Virus record (IMG/VR): IMGVR_UViG_3300009514_000001
Coordinates: 62,001 to 126,000 of that record
Length of the DNA stretch: 64,000 nucleotides
Reading direction: 5' to 3' (one strand)
Shown piece by piece: positions 18,338-27,679 of the stretch. A model generated the notes under the pieces. The model worked only from the letters and a program-made list of their open reading frames with translations, searched no databases and had not been told where the DNA came from. Both the position numbers and the translations under genes were made by a program. Within the stretch, counting starts at the first letter, position 1. Each line of letters starts with the position of its first letter.

Positions 18338-19144
18338 CTAGTCTCCGAACAGGTCCAGAATTCCGAAGGAGTCCTCCGGACGAGTCCGCGTCGACGGCAC
18401 ATGGGGAGCACGTCTCCCATAGGCGGTTAGGGCGTCTTTTTCGACGTCGAATCCGATGAATCTGCGCCCCAGACCCTCCGCAGCGACCAGGGTGGTCCCG
18501 CTGCCGGCAAAGGGGTCGACGACGATATCACCGGGATGACTCGCCTGTCGAATCATGACCTCCATCAGCTCAACCGGCTTCTGGGTCGGATAGAGATCGT
18601 CGCCTCGGGGGGCCTTGAAAGGGAGGACATCCCGCACACCTCTGTCCTCCGCCATAGGACGCTTGCCTTTCTCGGCGAAGAGAATCATCTCGTAGGACCC
18701 CCGGTACGGGTACCCCATGCCCATTGAGCCTTCGGAAAGGACGGCCCCTCCCATTGAACCACAGACAGAGCACTCGGTACCGCTCATCCTCCCAACCTTC
18801 TGCCAGATGAGAGGCTTGCGCAGCTCGAATCCCACCTCCAGAACCATCGGGACCATGGCCAAGAAGGCCTGGTACTCGCACATGATGTACAGGTGCGTCT
18901 TGTTCTTGAGGACCCGATAACACTCCCGAAGCACCTCTTCCAGGTACTCGGCCGGGACCACCGGGAACCACTTGTTCGAGCTTCCCTTCGACTCCTTCAG
19001 TCGGGTCGTCGTGCCCAGGGCCCGCCACTTCTCCATCGAGTCGTAGGCCGGGTCCATGAGGATGAGATCGACCACCCCGTCGTCCAGGGAGCGGAGACCC
19101 TCCAGGGCTCCTATGAGGTGCATTCGGTCCAGTTTGAGACTCAT
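18338..19144 (-). CDS. Beta-class N4-C/N6-A DNA methyltransferase
   Basis: Motif IV DPAY near the N-terminus; YPTQKPVEL; motif I DPFAGSGTT near the C-terminus; ends GILDLFGD. Confidence 0.9.
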   Translation of the reverse strand: MSLKLDRMHLIGALEGLRSLDDGVVDLILMDPAYDSMEKWRALGTTTRLKESKGSSNKWFPVVPAEYLEEVLRECYRVLKNKTHLYIMCEYQAFLAMVPMVLEVGFELRKPLIWQKVGRMSGTECSVCGSMGGAVLSEGSMGMGYPYRGSYEMILFAEKGKRPMAEDRGVRDVLPFKAPRGDDLYPTQKPVELMEVMIRQASHPGDIVVDPFAGSGTTLVAAEGLGRRFIGFDVEKDALTAYGRRAPHVPSTRTRPEDSFGILDLFGD

Positions 19145-19647
19145 GAGGACCTCTCGGGACAGGTGGACTTGTCAGCGGCGGCCTTCCGGATTCTCATCGC
19201 GGCTTCGAGCTGGTGTACGTTCCAGTCGTCGAGGCCACAGGTATTCTCCGTGCCGGGATTGTAGAAGAAGCACTGAGGACACTGCGCCGTCCTCCAGGCC
19301 GTCGCTCCCATCGCTCCCATAATACGCATCCTCTCCTCCTTGAGTTGGTCCGTCTCCGGCTGTCCATACACTTGGACCAAACACCCACGATTCGTCAAGA
19401 GGCCCTCAAGACGAGCCGTCTGAGCGGCCGTGAGAACTACCTTCCAAAGGGTGAACCCGCCGTCATGGACCAGGGGAGGCCCGTTGGATACCTCCAAGGC
19501 CGTGGGCTCGCCTCCCGCGACCTGAAAGGTCCATAGACGCTGGCGCTGCTCCCCGTCGGCCATCACCGGCAAACCAGTGAAGGGGTCGGTCACGAACTTG
19601 TTGTCGTTAGACGTCACTAACCACACCGGTGGAGGGATGCCGACCAC
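19141..19647 (-). CDS. Hypothetical protein with Cys cluster
   Basis: CPQC...C...C; ATGA coupling to the methyltransferase. Confidence 0.7.
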   Translation of the reverse strand: MVGIPPPVWLVTSNDNKFVTDPFTGLPVMADGEQRQRLWTFQVAGGEPTALEVSNGPPLVHDGGFTLWKVVLTAAQTARLEGLLTNRGCLVQVYGQPETDQLKEERMRIMGAMGATAWRTAQCPQCFFYNPGTENTCGLDDWNVHQLEAAMRIRKAAADKSTCPERSS

Positions 19648-20720
19648 CCGACCTGGCGGTCCGAGTATCTATCCACCGTTCCTAGGCGAAGGACCACCGA
19701 CCCTGTGGCCTCCGGAAGACCCTGAACCAGGTTGGTGTGGAGGGCCGAGATGGCGGTACCCAGGGGGGAGAACTTGGACTGAATCTTCCGGGAAACGATG
19801 GTCATCGTCCACTCGGCTGACGAGACCACCGCATCACCCTGAGCGGCCCCGGAGACCACCTTGACACCACTCGCCAGGAGACGGTCCGTCAGGTGTTTGC
19901 GTAGAGCTGGGAGGCTGCTGCGGCGACCTTGGGTCGTCCCTACTGCCGCGAAGGCAAACTTCTCGCTCTCCCCCTCCGACAAGCTCGCCAGAGCACTCCC
20001 CGTCGAAGACTCGACTCGGCGAAGGGCCGGCAAACGACCTCTCTCATACCCCTGGGGGTCCGTCGCCGGATTCTCCCTGACAGTCATCTTCCCTGGAGGA
20101 GACTTCACCAGGTTGCCGAACCTGTCGACCTCTGGAGCCTCCTCGATTTGGGCCGCCTGGGACACTTCCTGCTCTAGGGCGTGCTGGATCTCGTCGGAGG
20201 CTGTGCTGAGCATCGAGCCGATGGCTACTGGGTTCAGAGCATCCGTCTCCACAGGGACGGCTGGTGTCGCCTGTCGAGGCATGGGGCCGTGACGAAGCTC
20301 CGGGGCGTCCCCGTCGAACTGGAGCCTCTCCATCATCCTGGCCATGTACATGGGATGGCCTTGAGGGAGACGCTCCGGGTTAGGCTGGAACAGGACAGAG
20401 CTAGGGTCTTGCAGGTCCGGCGGGGCCGAGGGCGCGGCAAGGTTGTGTCCCGTCGGTCTCGGACCGACGAAGTCCGCCTCGGACAACATATCCGTCACCT
20501 CCGGGCAGAGGGCGAGCTGGGCCAGCTCCATCATCGCGTCGCGCATGTTCAGCTCACCGGACTGGATGCGCTCCGCAATGGGCTTGGTCTTGTCTGCCAG
20601 GACCTTGAGATTCGGGTTGGCCTCGACGGCCTTCTCAAGGGCCTCGACATAGGTTCCGAGGTCGGCGTCCTCCATAAGAAGCTGCTGAAGGGCGAGTTCT
20701 GGTCGTTCGATGTCAGTCAT
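19617..20720 (-). CDS. Hypothetical protein, 367 aa
   Basis: Long protein-like ORF. Confidence 0.8.
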   Translation of the reverse strand: MTDIERPELALQQLLMEDADLGTYVEALEKAVEANPNLKVLADKTKPIAERIQSGELNMRDAMMELAQLALCPEVTDMLSEADFVGPRPTGHNLAAPSAPPDLQDPSSVLFQPNPERLPQGHPMYMARMMERLQFDGDAPELRHGPMPRQATPAVPVETDALNPVAIGSMLSTASDEIQHALEQEVSQAAQIEEAPEVDRFGNLVKSPPGKMTVRENPATDPQGYERGRLPALRRVESSTGSALASLSEGESEKFAFAAVGTTQGRRSSLPALRKHLTDRLLASGVKVVSGAAQGDAVVSSAEWTMTIVSRKIQSKFSPLGTAISALHTNLVQGLPEATGSVVLRLGTVDRYSDRQVGWSASLHRCG

Positions 20721-21678
20721 CTTTCTTCCCCACTGTGATACGGACCCCAGACTCTACCTTGCGGACCGCGTTCTTCGGACTCCAAGGGTCTCCGCTCGGG
20801 AGAAGGCTCCGGGCAGGACCTCCGTCGACCATCTGGCCACCAGGATGAACCGGAACGTTCTGGAGACGTGGTGGCTGGCGTGGTTCCGAAGGACTGGGAG
20901 GTGTCTGTGGTGACGGGGACCTCTCGGGCTCCGATTCCTGGGATGGCTTCGGAGGTGCCGGAGCGTAGAACGGGTCGCCCAGGTCCTTCACCTGGTCCTG
21001 GAACTGCGCCTGACGGGTAAGGATACGCTCAGCCCACGAAAGGTGCTTGCACTTGCGGTCGTACTTCCCGGCATTGCAGGTACAGGCGACGGCCTTGCCG
21101 TCGTCGTCGAGGCTGACCTCGTAGATGGTCCCAGGATTGGACTCGGACTCGACCTCGATGACCCGATACTCCGGACCCTCGTCGTCCTCGACGGGGACGG
21201 GAACAGGAGCCTCGCCTTCGGTCTCCTCGTCGTGGCTGGGACCCGAGCCGTCCCCCCACTCCTTCCGGAGGGCTTTGACGGCGTCCTCGACAATACTCCG
21301 GTCCTCGACGGACTCCTCGTCCATGGGGAGGTGGTCGACGAGCATATCGAGGCCCTCGTCCTCGCCTGGAACCATCCAGTCGCCACGACGGTCGGCAACC
21401 TCCAGACGGATGGCCTCCCGAATCAGGGAGGGGAAGTCGATAGCACGCATGTGTTTCCAGCGGGGATCGTCCAGGGAGGCAGTCTGTCTCAGGGGACCGA
21501 ACATGCGGTCGACCTGGGTCCGCATGCGCTGTTCCCATTCGAGGTTCGCCAGCTTCGCGTAGTCACAGGTGTGGTTGCGGCAGGCCTGGCAGAAGGTCTG
21601 CCGAAGCTCCATCTCTGAGACCTTCTTCCCAGCCTGTTTGCTGAGGTCCTCAAGACACCCTGATGTCAGGTCCGGCAT
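20713..21678 (-). CDS. SWIM zinc-finger protein
   Basis: YEVSL...ACTCNAGKYDRKCKHL; N-terminal CQAC...C. Confidence 0.75.
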   Translation of the reverse strand: MPDLTSGCLEDLSKQAGKKVSEMELRQTFCQACRNHTCDYAKLANLEWEQRMRTQVDRMFGPLRQTASLDDPRWKHMRAIDFPSLIREAIRLEVADRRGDWMVPGEDEGLDMLVDHLPMDEESVEDRSIVEDAVKALRKEWGDGSGPSHDEETEGEAPVPVPVEDDEGPEYRVIEVESESNPGTIYEVSLDDDGKAVACTCNAGKYDRKCKHLSWAERILTRQAQFQDQVKDLGDPFYAPAPPKPSQESEPERSPSPQTPPSPSEPRQPPRLQNVPVHPGGQMVDGGPARSLLPSGDPWSPKNAVRKVESGVRITVGKKDD

Positions 21679-21927
21679 CGTCTTCTCTCGTCTTGTCTAT
21701 CTTCTCATCGAGAACGCGCAGGTGTCTCTCTTGCCTGGCAAGGGACTTCTCCTGGGCCCTGAGGGCACCATTGTGCACCTTACCGAGGGTGGCGCGGATT
21801 CGTTCCACGCGCCTCTCGACGAGACGAGCCCCTCCCTGCACTCAGCGAGGTCACCTGGACACTCGGACGAAGGTCCAATACCCAGAGCGGCCTCCAAGAC
21901 AGCTAGGCGTCTTTGGGTGTCATCCAT
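21650..21927 (-). pseudogene. Small coiled-coil gene frameshifted by a 5-bp duplication
   Basis: ACGAG is doubled at 21819-21828; removing one copy fuses the two overlapping ORFs into a 90-aa ORF, MDDTQRRL...CREGLVERRVERIR... Confidence 0.6.
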
Positions 21928-24900
21928 CCATCAACTCGACGAAACGACCGCGGTCGACCAGGACCGGCTCGGGGAACCATCCGTCAAGGGGTACCCCATC
22001 GGGGGCGAACAGCTCCAACCGGAACCCTTCGGGGTCGTGGGACCCTACGATGGCCTGGGCGATTCTCTCCCCCTCCTCCTCGTCTACCTTCGAGAGTCGG
22101 TACGGGATGACTCGGCTTTCCAGAGAATCCTCCGCGGGTCCCTTTGGGACTCCCTGGGAACCCGAATGGAACATGTCCCAGGCCCTCGCCAGAGCCGCTT
22201 TCTCCTCCTCTGTCAGAGGGTTCTCGCGGTCGTGTCTGCCGCTCTCGAAGTAAGGTTCGAGGGTCGGTGGCCACCTGATGTCCTCGAAGGACCCAAACTT
22301 CCCTTTGACGTCCTCAGAGTTTCCGTAGAACCCACGGACACGACGTAGGAGGGCCCAAATCTGGTCGTCGTCGAGCCCTGGCTGCTGAAGCTCTCTGCGC
22401 AGGCCGACAGCATACCGGAAGGCCGTCATGTTGTGTTTGACCGTCCAGTTCGGACCAAGCTCGACGTCCACAGTAAGGGGGACCGCCCAATTTCTGCCTA
22501 GGATGATCGGGTTGGATACCATCAACCCGGAGAACAAGTCGCAGGCTTCCTCAAGGATGTCATTGCGGATCTCAAACACCAGCTCATCGTGCATGGTGAT
22601 GATCATCCGAACCTTGTCCTGCCACTTTCTCCTGCGGACCTCCTTGTAAATGAGACCCATCGCCAGTTTGGTGATGTCAGCGCTCGACCCCTGAATCGGG
22701 CTGTTCACTGCGTTGCGTTCCGCCTTGGCCCGGATGAACCTCTCTTCGTGCTTGATATCGGGGAGCGGGAACTTGCGCTGGAACGCCGTGATGACGTAGC
22801 CGTGGTCCTTGGCGAACTTACGGGTTCTCTTCCACCACTCTTGGAGGGAGGTATATGCCTTCTTGAACTGGTTGGCGATGCGGTAGGCCTCGTTCTCACC
22901 ACACCCGGTGTTGCGGTGGATGGCCTTCGGCCCACCCCCATACGAGAGGGCGAAGTTGGCGCTGTTGTGGACCACCAGGCCATTGGTCCAGTAGACGTTG
23001 GGTTCCGCAACATGAAGGTCGACGACGTTCGACGTGCCAGCAGGCAGGATGACCCTGACCTTATTTGCCCCTGTCGCGGACTTGTATTCCTTGGCCTCGC
23101 GGAGACGACTCCGCTTCATCGGGTGGCGAAGATAGGCGTAGAGCCCCCAGGCCTGTGAGGCCCGAATGTGTGTCCGCACATACCACCTCTGATAGGTCTT
23201 GTTGAACGTCGGTTCCACACACGGAGTCATACCAAGGGCGTGACACACTGCGACCAACTGACCCGAGAACACGAAGTCCTTGGAGGTCCATGACATGCGG
23301 CCGTCCTCTCCGACCGTCCCATCCGTGTCGACCAGACCGCCGAGGAAAGACCACAAGGCTGTGGGTCCGCGACCCAGAACCCAGTCCGGAATCCGAAGGC
23401 ATCTCTTACCCTCGACTCCTTCGACGAGCCCAAGAGCAGACAGGAAGCGCATCGTGTGACGACTGCCCAAGTAGACCAGCTGGTCCTTTCGAGTCGGCAG
23501 GAATCCCACCTTCTCGCAGGACTCGACGATAATGTCCTGCCAGGTCTTGTAGGGCAGTCCGAGCTGGTCGACCTTGTCGACGTGGCCATGAGTGATTGAC
23601 ACGGAAGTCGACCCCTGCTTCGCCCCGTCGCCAGAGAACATGCCGGCGAAATAGGCCATGTCGGGGGACAATGACACCCCCATCTCAGGCAGGTTCTTGT
23701 AGGGTCGATACCCGACTCTACGCCAGGGTTTCGTCTCCACATAGGGAGTTCCAACGGGTTCTGCGAGGACATCGCCTGTGTCGAGGCCCTGTTCGATAGA
23801 CTTGAACGTCCCATCGGCCAGGAGAAAACGATGCTGAGCGGTACAGGTCAAGAGGCCTCGACGGGAGACCACATGGTAGACCTCTTGCTCCCCTCCCTGG
23901 TAGGTCTCCAAAAGACGCAGCTCATCCTCTTCGCCGTCCTGGCCGGTAAACACCGTCCCAGGATACTTGAGGAACGTGTCGGGCTCCTCCGCGAACTTCA
24001 AGGAGCCGATGCGCCGGAGAGCCCCGCTCATACCGAGGATGCTGTCAGGGTGGACGCACTTGCCCTGTTTCCTCTTTTCTTTCCAGTCCTTACGCCTCTG
24101 AGCGGACTCCCCGAAAATCTGAATGGCGGTCAGAGTGTGGATGTCCCCGATCTTGTCCTCGCCGCATTGGGGGCAGAAGAGGGGAGGGGCTGGGGGTGTG
24201 GTCTTGCCGTCTCCCCGGTCGAACTCCAGGTCACATGCACTGCACCGGAAAAACGCGTCAATCCACTTCTTCTCGCCGGAGAGATTGGCGGCCAAACGCA
24301 ACTCGACGCCACCGAAATCGATAGCGACCATGGTCCACCCAGTGGGAGCCACGATACACTCACGAATCCTCAGCAGTGCCGGAGGCCTATTGGTGTCGTA
24401 GGTCGCAGGCATTGACTGGAGGTTGAACCGGGTCCCCCCTGTCTTCGCCGGCTCCCTCTCTCCCTTCGAGCTGAAACGTCCTGTCGCTGTAGCGAACTGG
24501 CGGAACCCGATCTTGAGAGTGTTGTCGTGGCGGTAGGTGTCCTCGAAGATGGCGTAGAGCTTACCGAGGGCGTTCTGGTTGCCGCGCATCCACTTGATGC
24601 GATTGACGAATGGGTAGTCGTGGATTGAGTTCTCGATGACCTCTTCCAGGACTTCCTTGCCGGTAGCCACCTGGCCACTGGGGGTCTTCTTCAGACCTGG
24701 AACAGCCAGGTCCCACATGAGCGTCCCGAGCTGGGCCGGCGCAAGGACGTCGTAGCTGTCCTTCAGTTCGACGCCCTTGCGCGGGGGTGGTGCTTCCCGA
24801 GCAATCAGCTCGCCGAACTTCGGTGCGTCCAGGACGATGCGGAGACCTCCCTTTCCTGAGTGGTTGGCGACGGACACTTGGCCCGTCTGACACATCTTCA

Positions 24901-26017
24901 GGACGCCGAGGTCCTGTCGCTGGAACCGCTTTTGGAACTTCTTGGCCTCCCCCCGAAACCGGTCGACCATAGCCTGGAAGGTCTCTCCAGTGTCGTCCGT
25001 GACTGCCATCTCTGGGTTGGTCACCTCGATGTACAGGGACATGAGGTAGAACGACAGAGGCGTGATGTCGCGCTCCAGGATGTCGGAGGCCCCTCGATAC
25101 ACCTCCTTAACGGCCTTGTAGAGGTCCCCCTGGCCGAGCTGAATCAACTCAGCCACCTTGGCCAGGTCGATGTGGAGGCGATTGCGCTCCATCCAGCGGA
25201 CACTAGGGAGGCAGAGCTTCTCGACCTTGTGGATGAACCCCTGGCTATGGGGTCGATTTGTGCTCTCGTTCTTGCTTGTCAGAGCAAGGGCCTTCTTCTT
25301 GAGCTTCTCATAGAGCTGGAGAGTGCAGATGGCGTCGGCCGCAGCGTACTCCAAGATGCCTGGGTCGGTGGGGTCCAACTCAGCGAAGTTCAGGTCCTTC
25401 GTCTTGGGCGGGAACAGCTCCTTCAGCTCGATTTGCTTCTTCCCCAGGAGGGCGTCTGACATCACCTTGAGGGTCTTCGCTCGACGGGTGCTGTCATCGA
25501 GGTAGGCCAGGATGAGGACGTCTTCCCAGGAGTCTGGGTTGTCCCACGTGCCGTACGGGAGACCCCCGTTGTAGGTCATCAACTCGCCCTCGAACTTGCA
25601 GTTGAAGACGAGGGGGACTGACCTGTCCTTGCCCTTGCGCTTCATGCCCTCCATCAGTCGACGGACCTCGGCATCGAACTCGTGGAAAGGGACGTTGTGC
25701 TCTGACGGCTCGTCGTTGGGGCAGTGACGGACTGGGATGTAGTAGCCGGTCTTGGTGTTCGGGGACAGACAAAGACCGACGATGTCGCAGTTGGTCTTGT
25801 ACTGCGTCCCTTCTGGAGTCTCCCGAGGGAACACGCGGGTGTCGAGGCCTGTGGTCTCCAGGTCGAGGGCGTAGTAGGGCTTCGACAGACACTCGTCGAT
25901 GACCTCGCGCAGCCTGGCGCCGGTCGTAACCAGCTCCATGCGGACCTTCTTCATCCACGGATGGAGGGCGACCTCAATCTTGGGCTTGTCCAGGAACCCG
26001 GCATCAAACAACGACAT
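21920..26017 (-). CDS. polA: Family A DNA polymerase with 3'-5' exonuclease domain and one intein
   Basis: DLETTG, YAAAD, TATGRFSS, motif A DFGGVELR, motif B K|SANFALSYG, motif C MHDEL. ATG 26017 follows AAGGGG (the ORF track starts at GTG 26023). Confidence 0.95.
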   Translation of the reverse strand: MSLFDAGFLDKPKIEVALHPWMKKVRMELVTTGARLREVIDECLSKPYYALDLETTGLDTRVFPRETPEGTQYKTNCDIVGLCLSPNTKTGYYIPVRHCPNDEPSEHNVPFHEFDAEVRRLMEGMKRKGKDRSVPLVFNCKFEGELMTYNGGLPYGTWDNPDSWEDVLILAYLDDSTRRAKTLKVMSDALLGKKQIELKELFPPKTKDLNFAELDPTDPGILEYAAADAICTLQLYEKLKKKALALTSKNESTNRPHSQGFIHKVEKLCLPSVRWMERNRLHIDLAKVAELIQLGQGDLYKAVKEVYRGASDILERDITPLSFYLMSLYIEVTNPEMAVTDDTGETFQAMVDRFRGEAKKFQKRFQRQDLGVLKMCQTGQVSVANHSGKGGLRIVLDAPKFGELIAREAPPPRKGVELKDSYDVLAPAQLGTLMWDLAVPGLKKTPSGQVATGKEVLEEVIENSIHDYPFVNRIKWMRGNQNALGKLYAIFEDTYRHDNTLKIGFRQFATATGRFSSKGEREPAKTGGTRFNLQSMPATYDTNRPPALLRIRECIVAPTGWTMVAIDFGGVELRLAANLSGEKKWIDAFFRCSACDLEFDRGDGKTTPPAPPLFCPQCGEDKIGDIHTLTAIQIFGESAQRRKDWKEKRKQGKCVHPDSILGMSGALRRIGSLKFAEEPDTFLKYPGTVFTGQDGEEDELRLLETYQGGEQEVYHVVSRRGLLTCTAQHRFLLADGTFKSIEQGLDTGDVLAEPVGTPYVETKPWRRVGYRPYKNLPEMGVSLSPDMAYFAGMFSGDGAKQGSTSVSITHGHVDKVDQLGLPYKTWQDIIVESCEKVGFLPTRKDQLVYLGSRHTMRFLSALGLVEGVEGKRCLRIPDWVLGRGPTALWSFLGGLVDTDGTVGEDGRMSWTSKDFVFSGQLVAVCHALGMTPCVEPTFNKTYQRWYVRTHIRASQAWGLYAYLRHPMKRSRLREAKEYKSATGANKVRVILPAGTSNVVDLHVAEPNVYWTNGLVVHNSANFALSYGGGPKAIHRNTGCGENEAYRIANQFKKAYTSLQEWWKRTRKFAKDHGYVITAFQRKFPLPDIKHEERFIRAKAERNAVNSPIQGSSADITKLAMGLIYKEVRRRKWQDKVRMIITMHDELVFEIRNDILEEACDLFSGLMVSNPIILGRNWAVPLTVDVELGPNWTVKHNMTAFRYAVGLRRELQQPGLDDDQIWALLRRVRGFYGNSEDVKGKFGSFEDIRWPPTLEPYFESGRHDRENPLTEEEKAALARAWDMFHSGSQGVPKGPAEDSLESRVIPYRLSKVDEEEGERIAQAIVGSHDPEGFRLELFAPDGVPLDGWFPEPVLVDRGRFVELMDG
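22964..24058 (-). mobile_element. Intein in polymerase motif B, 365 aa, LAGLIDADG type
   Basis: CVHPD...VVHN|S; FAGMFSGDG and FLGGLVDTDG. Confidence 0.95.
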
Positions 26018-26026
26018 ACACACCCC

Positions 26027-26461
26027 TTACTCTTCCGTATCTTCCTCGAACACGATGACGTAACACCCATCCCGCCAAGCGAGTACGACCAACGTCGCTG
26101 CCCAGGACACCTTCCGGGAACCCGGAGCCTCGTAGCAGTCGAGGAGATTCCTCCCAGGCCGACACGAGGGCTTTCGCATCGCACAGGACTTGTCCTGGAG
26201 GAGGCGACACGCACCCTCCGAGTGCGGAACTCGTCGAGCCAACTCCTCCGGAGGGAGGCCCAACTCGCGCTCCAGAGGCATAGTATGCCCCCGCAGAGCA
26301 TGCTGGAGCAACTCCTCAGACACATCAGGGATGAGATCACCCCAGGGAGTGCCCCTCAGAGGAGCCAGAACGCCCCAGGAGTCCCCGTCGCGAGGGAGGG
26401 GGCGGGCGATGGTCTGGAACCCCCAGGGAAGGTCCAGAGAGAGTCTACTAAGACCCTTCAT
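26027..26461 (-). CDS. Hypothetical protein, 144 aa
   Basis: ATGA overlap at 26458-26461; Cys cluster. Confidence 0.7.
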   Translation of the reverse strand: MKGLSRLSLDLPWGFQTIARPLPRDGDSWGVLAPLRGTPWGDLIPDVSEELLQHALRGHTMPLERELGLPPEELARRVPHSEGACRLLQDKSCAMRKPSCRPGRNLLDCYEAPGSRKVSWAATLVVLAWRDGCYVIVFEEDTEE

Positions 26462-27054
26462 GCAGCCGAAGCCGCTAGGCTGATGACCTGTTCCCTCATC
26501 TCCGCGAGGCGTTGTCGCCCTTCCTTCTCCGACCAAGTCTCTTGACGGACTTCCCAGTTGATGTGGTCGAACCTCTCCCACAAGGAGAGCATTTTCGACA
26601 GGGAGAGATCCTTGCCCTTGGTCTGACTCAGGAGAAGTTTCTCGGTCCGCTTACGGTCCTCCTTGAAAGACCCCTCCTCGGGCACGGCGATGACTGATCT
26701 AGGGTCCTTGGGCTCAGGACGAGGACGGTAGGTTGTCTTCCACCGCGGAAGGTCGTAGCGCTCTTCCAGAATGCCACAGGCCTTCCAGAACTCGACTCCC
26801 TCCTTAGCCTTGACCGTTTCGATGGCGTCACGCTGCTCTCCGCAACCGAAGCAGTAGAAGTGGTTGCTGTCGGGATAGACACGAGCCGAAGGCTTGTTGT
26901 CCATGCCGCTACCATGAAGGTCGCAGCGGAACTGCTGAGGGACGTCGTAGTCCTGCACCTCGTACCCATAGTCGATGAGTACCTGGAGGATGGACACCTT
27001 CTCGTTGATGCGGTCGGCCCTCTCTCGGGCAGCGTTATGGTCGTCGTCACTCAT
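26458..27054 (-). CDS. Stand-alone CHC2 zinc-finger protein (primase zinc-binding domain)
   Basis: CDLH...DNKPS...YCFGCG...DAI; no TOPRIM domain. Confidence 0.85.
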   Translation of the reverse strand: MSDDDHNAARERADRINEKVSILQVLIDYGYEVQDYDVPQQFRCDLHGSGMDNKPSARVYPDSNHFYCFGCGEQRDAIETVKAKEGVEFWKACGILEERYDLPRWKTTYRPRPEPKDPRSVIAVPEEGSFKEDRKRTEKLLLSQTKGKDLSLSKMLSLWERFDHINWEVRQETWSEKEGRQRLAEMREQVISLAASAA

Positions 27055-27679
27055 GGAATAGCTCGTTGTAGCGTTTCAGGAGACGCCCCTTGGCCTCCTT
27101 CCAGGGAAGCGGGACAATGTAGTCCGAGAACCACCCTGTGTGAATGTTGGTGGCGAACAAGCGCCCGTTGACGGGCCGAGGAAGAGGTTGTCCCCCCACT
27201 TCCTCGGGGAGGTCCCACGACTTCACCGGGTCCCTATCCCCGAAGAAGCTGTGAATCTCCAGAACCAAAGCCGCCAGGTCTGCCCACCGTACACTGGGAG
27301 GCATCTCCGGGACATCCGGGTCGAAGGGAATGCCCAGGGCGCTCCATATGGTCTGGGTGGTCTCCCACTCCACGTCGTCGAACCAAGTGATTCCGTCCTG
27401 TCTCATCCTGTGCTTGATGGGCTCTCCGAGGTCCCCCAGGTAGGCCTCGGCGAAGTCATGGGTGAGTCCTTTCCTGGCGTCCTCGGGGGCGCATAGCTGA
27501 CTCACCATGATACTGTGCTGGGCCACGGAGAAAGGCTCCGGGGTATGGCCGTTGTAGCGAGGCTGGGCGGACAGCGAGTGCACGATATCGAGGATGTGAA
27601 CGTCCTCTCGGGCGAGACGGTGGGGGTAGAGGAATCGGCGCTGGTAAGCGGTCTTGAGGCGTGGTTCTTTCTTTCTCAT
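27047..27679 (-). CDS. HD-domain nucleotidase, YfbR/YfdR-like
   Basis: RYNGH...FSVAQHS...LTHDFAEAYLGD; TGATG coupling to the DnaB gene. Confidence 0.85.
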   Translation of the reverse strand: MRKKEPRLKTAYQRRFLYPHRLAREDVHILDIVHSLSAQPRYNGHTPEPFSVAQHSIMVSQLCAPEDARKGLTHDFAEAYLGDLGEPIKHRMRQDGITWFDDVEWETTQTIWSALGIPFDPDVPEMPPSVRWADLAALVLEIHSFFGDRDPVKSWDLPEEVGGQPLPRPVNGRLFATNIHTGWFSDYIVPLPWKEAKGRLLKRYNELFHE

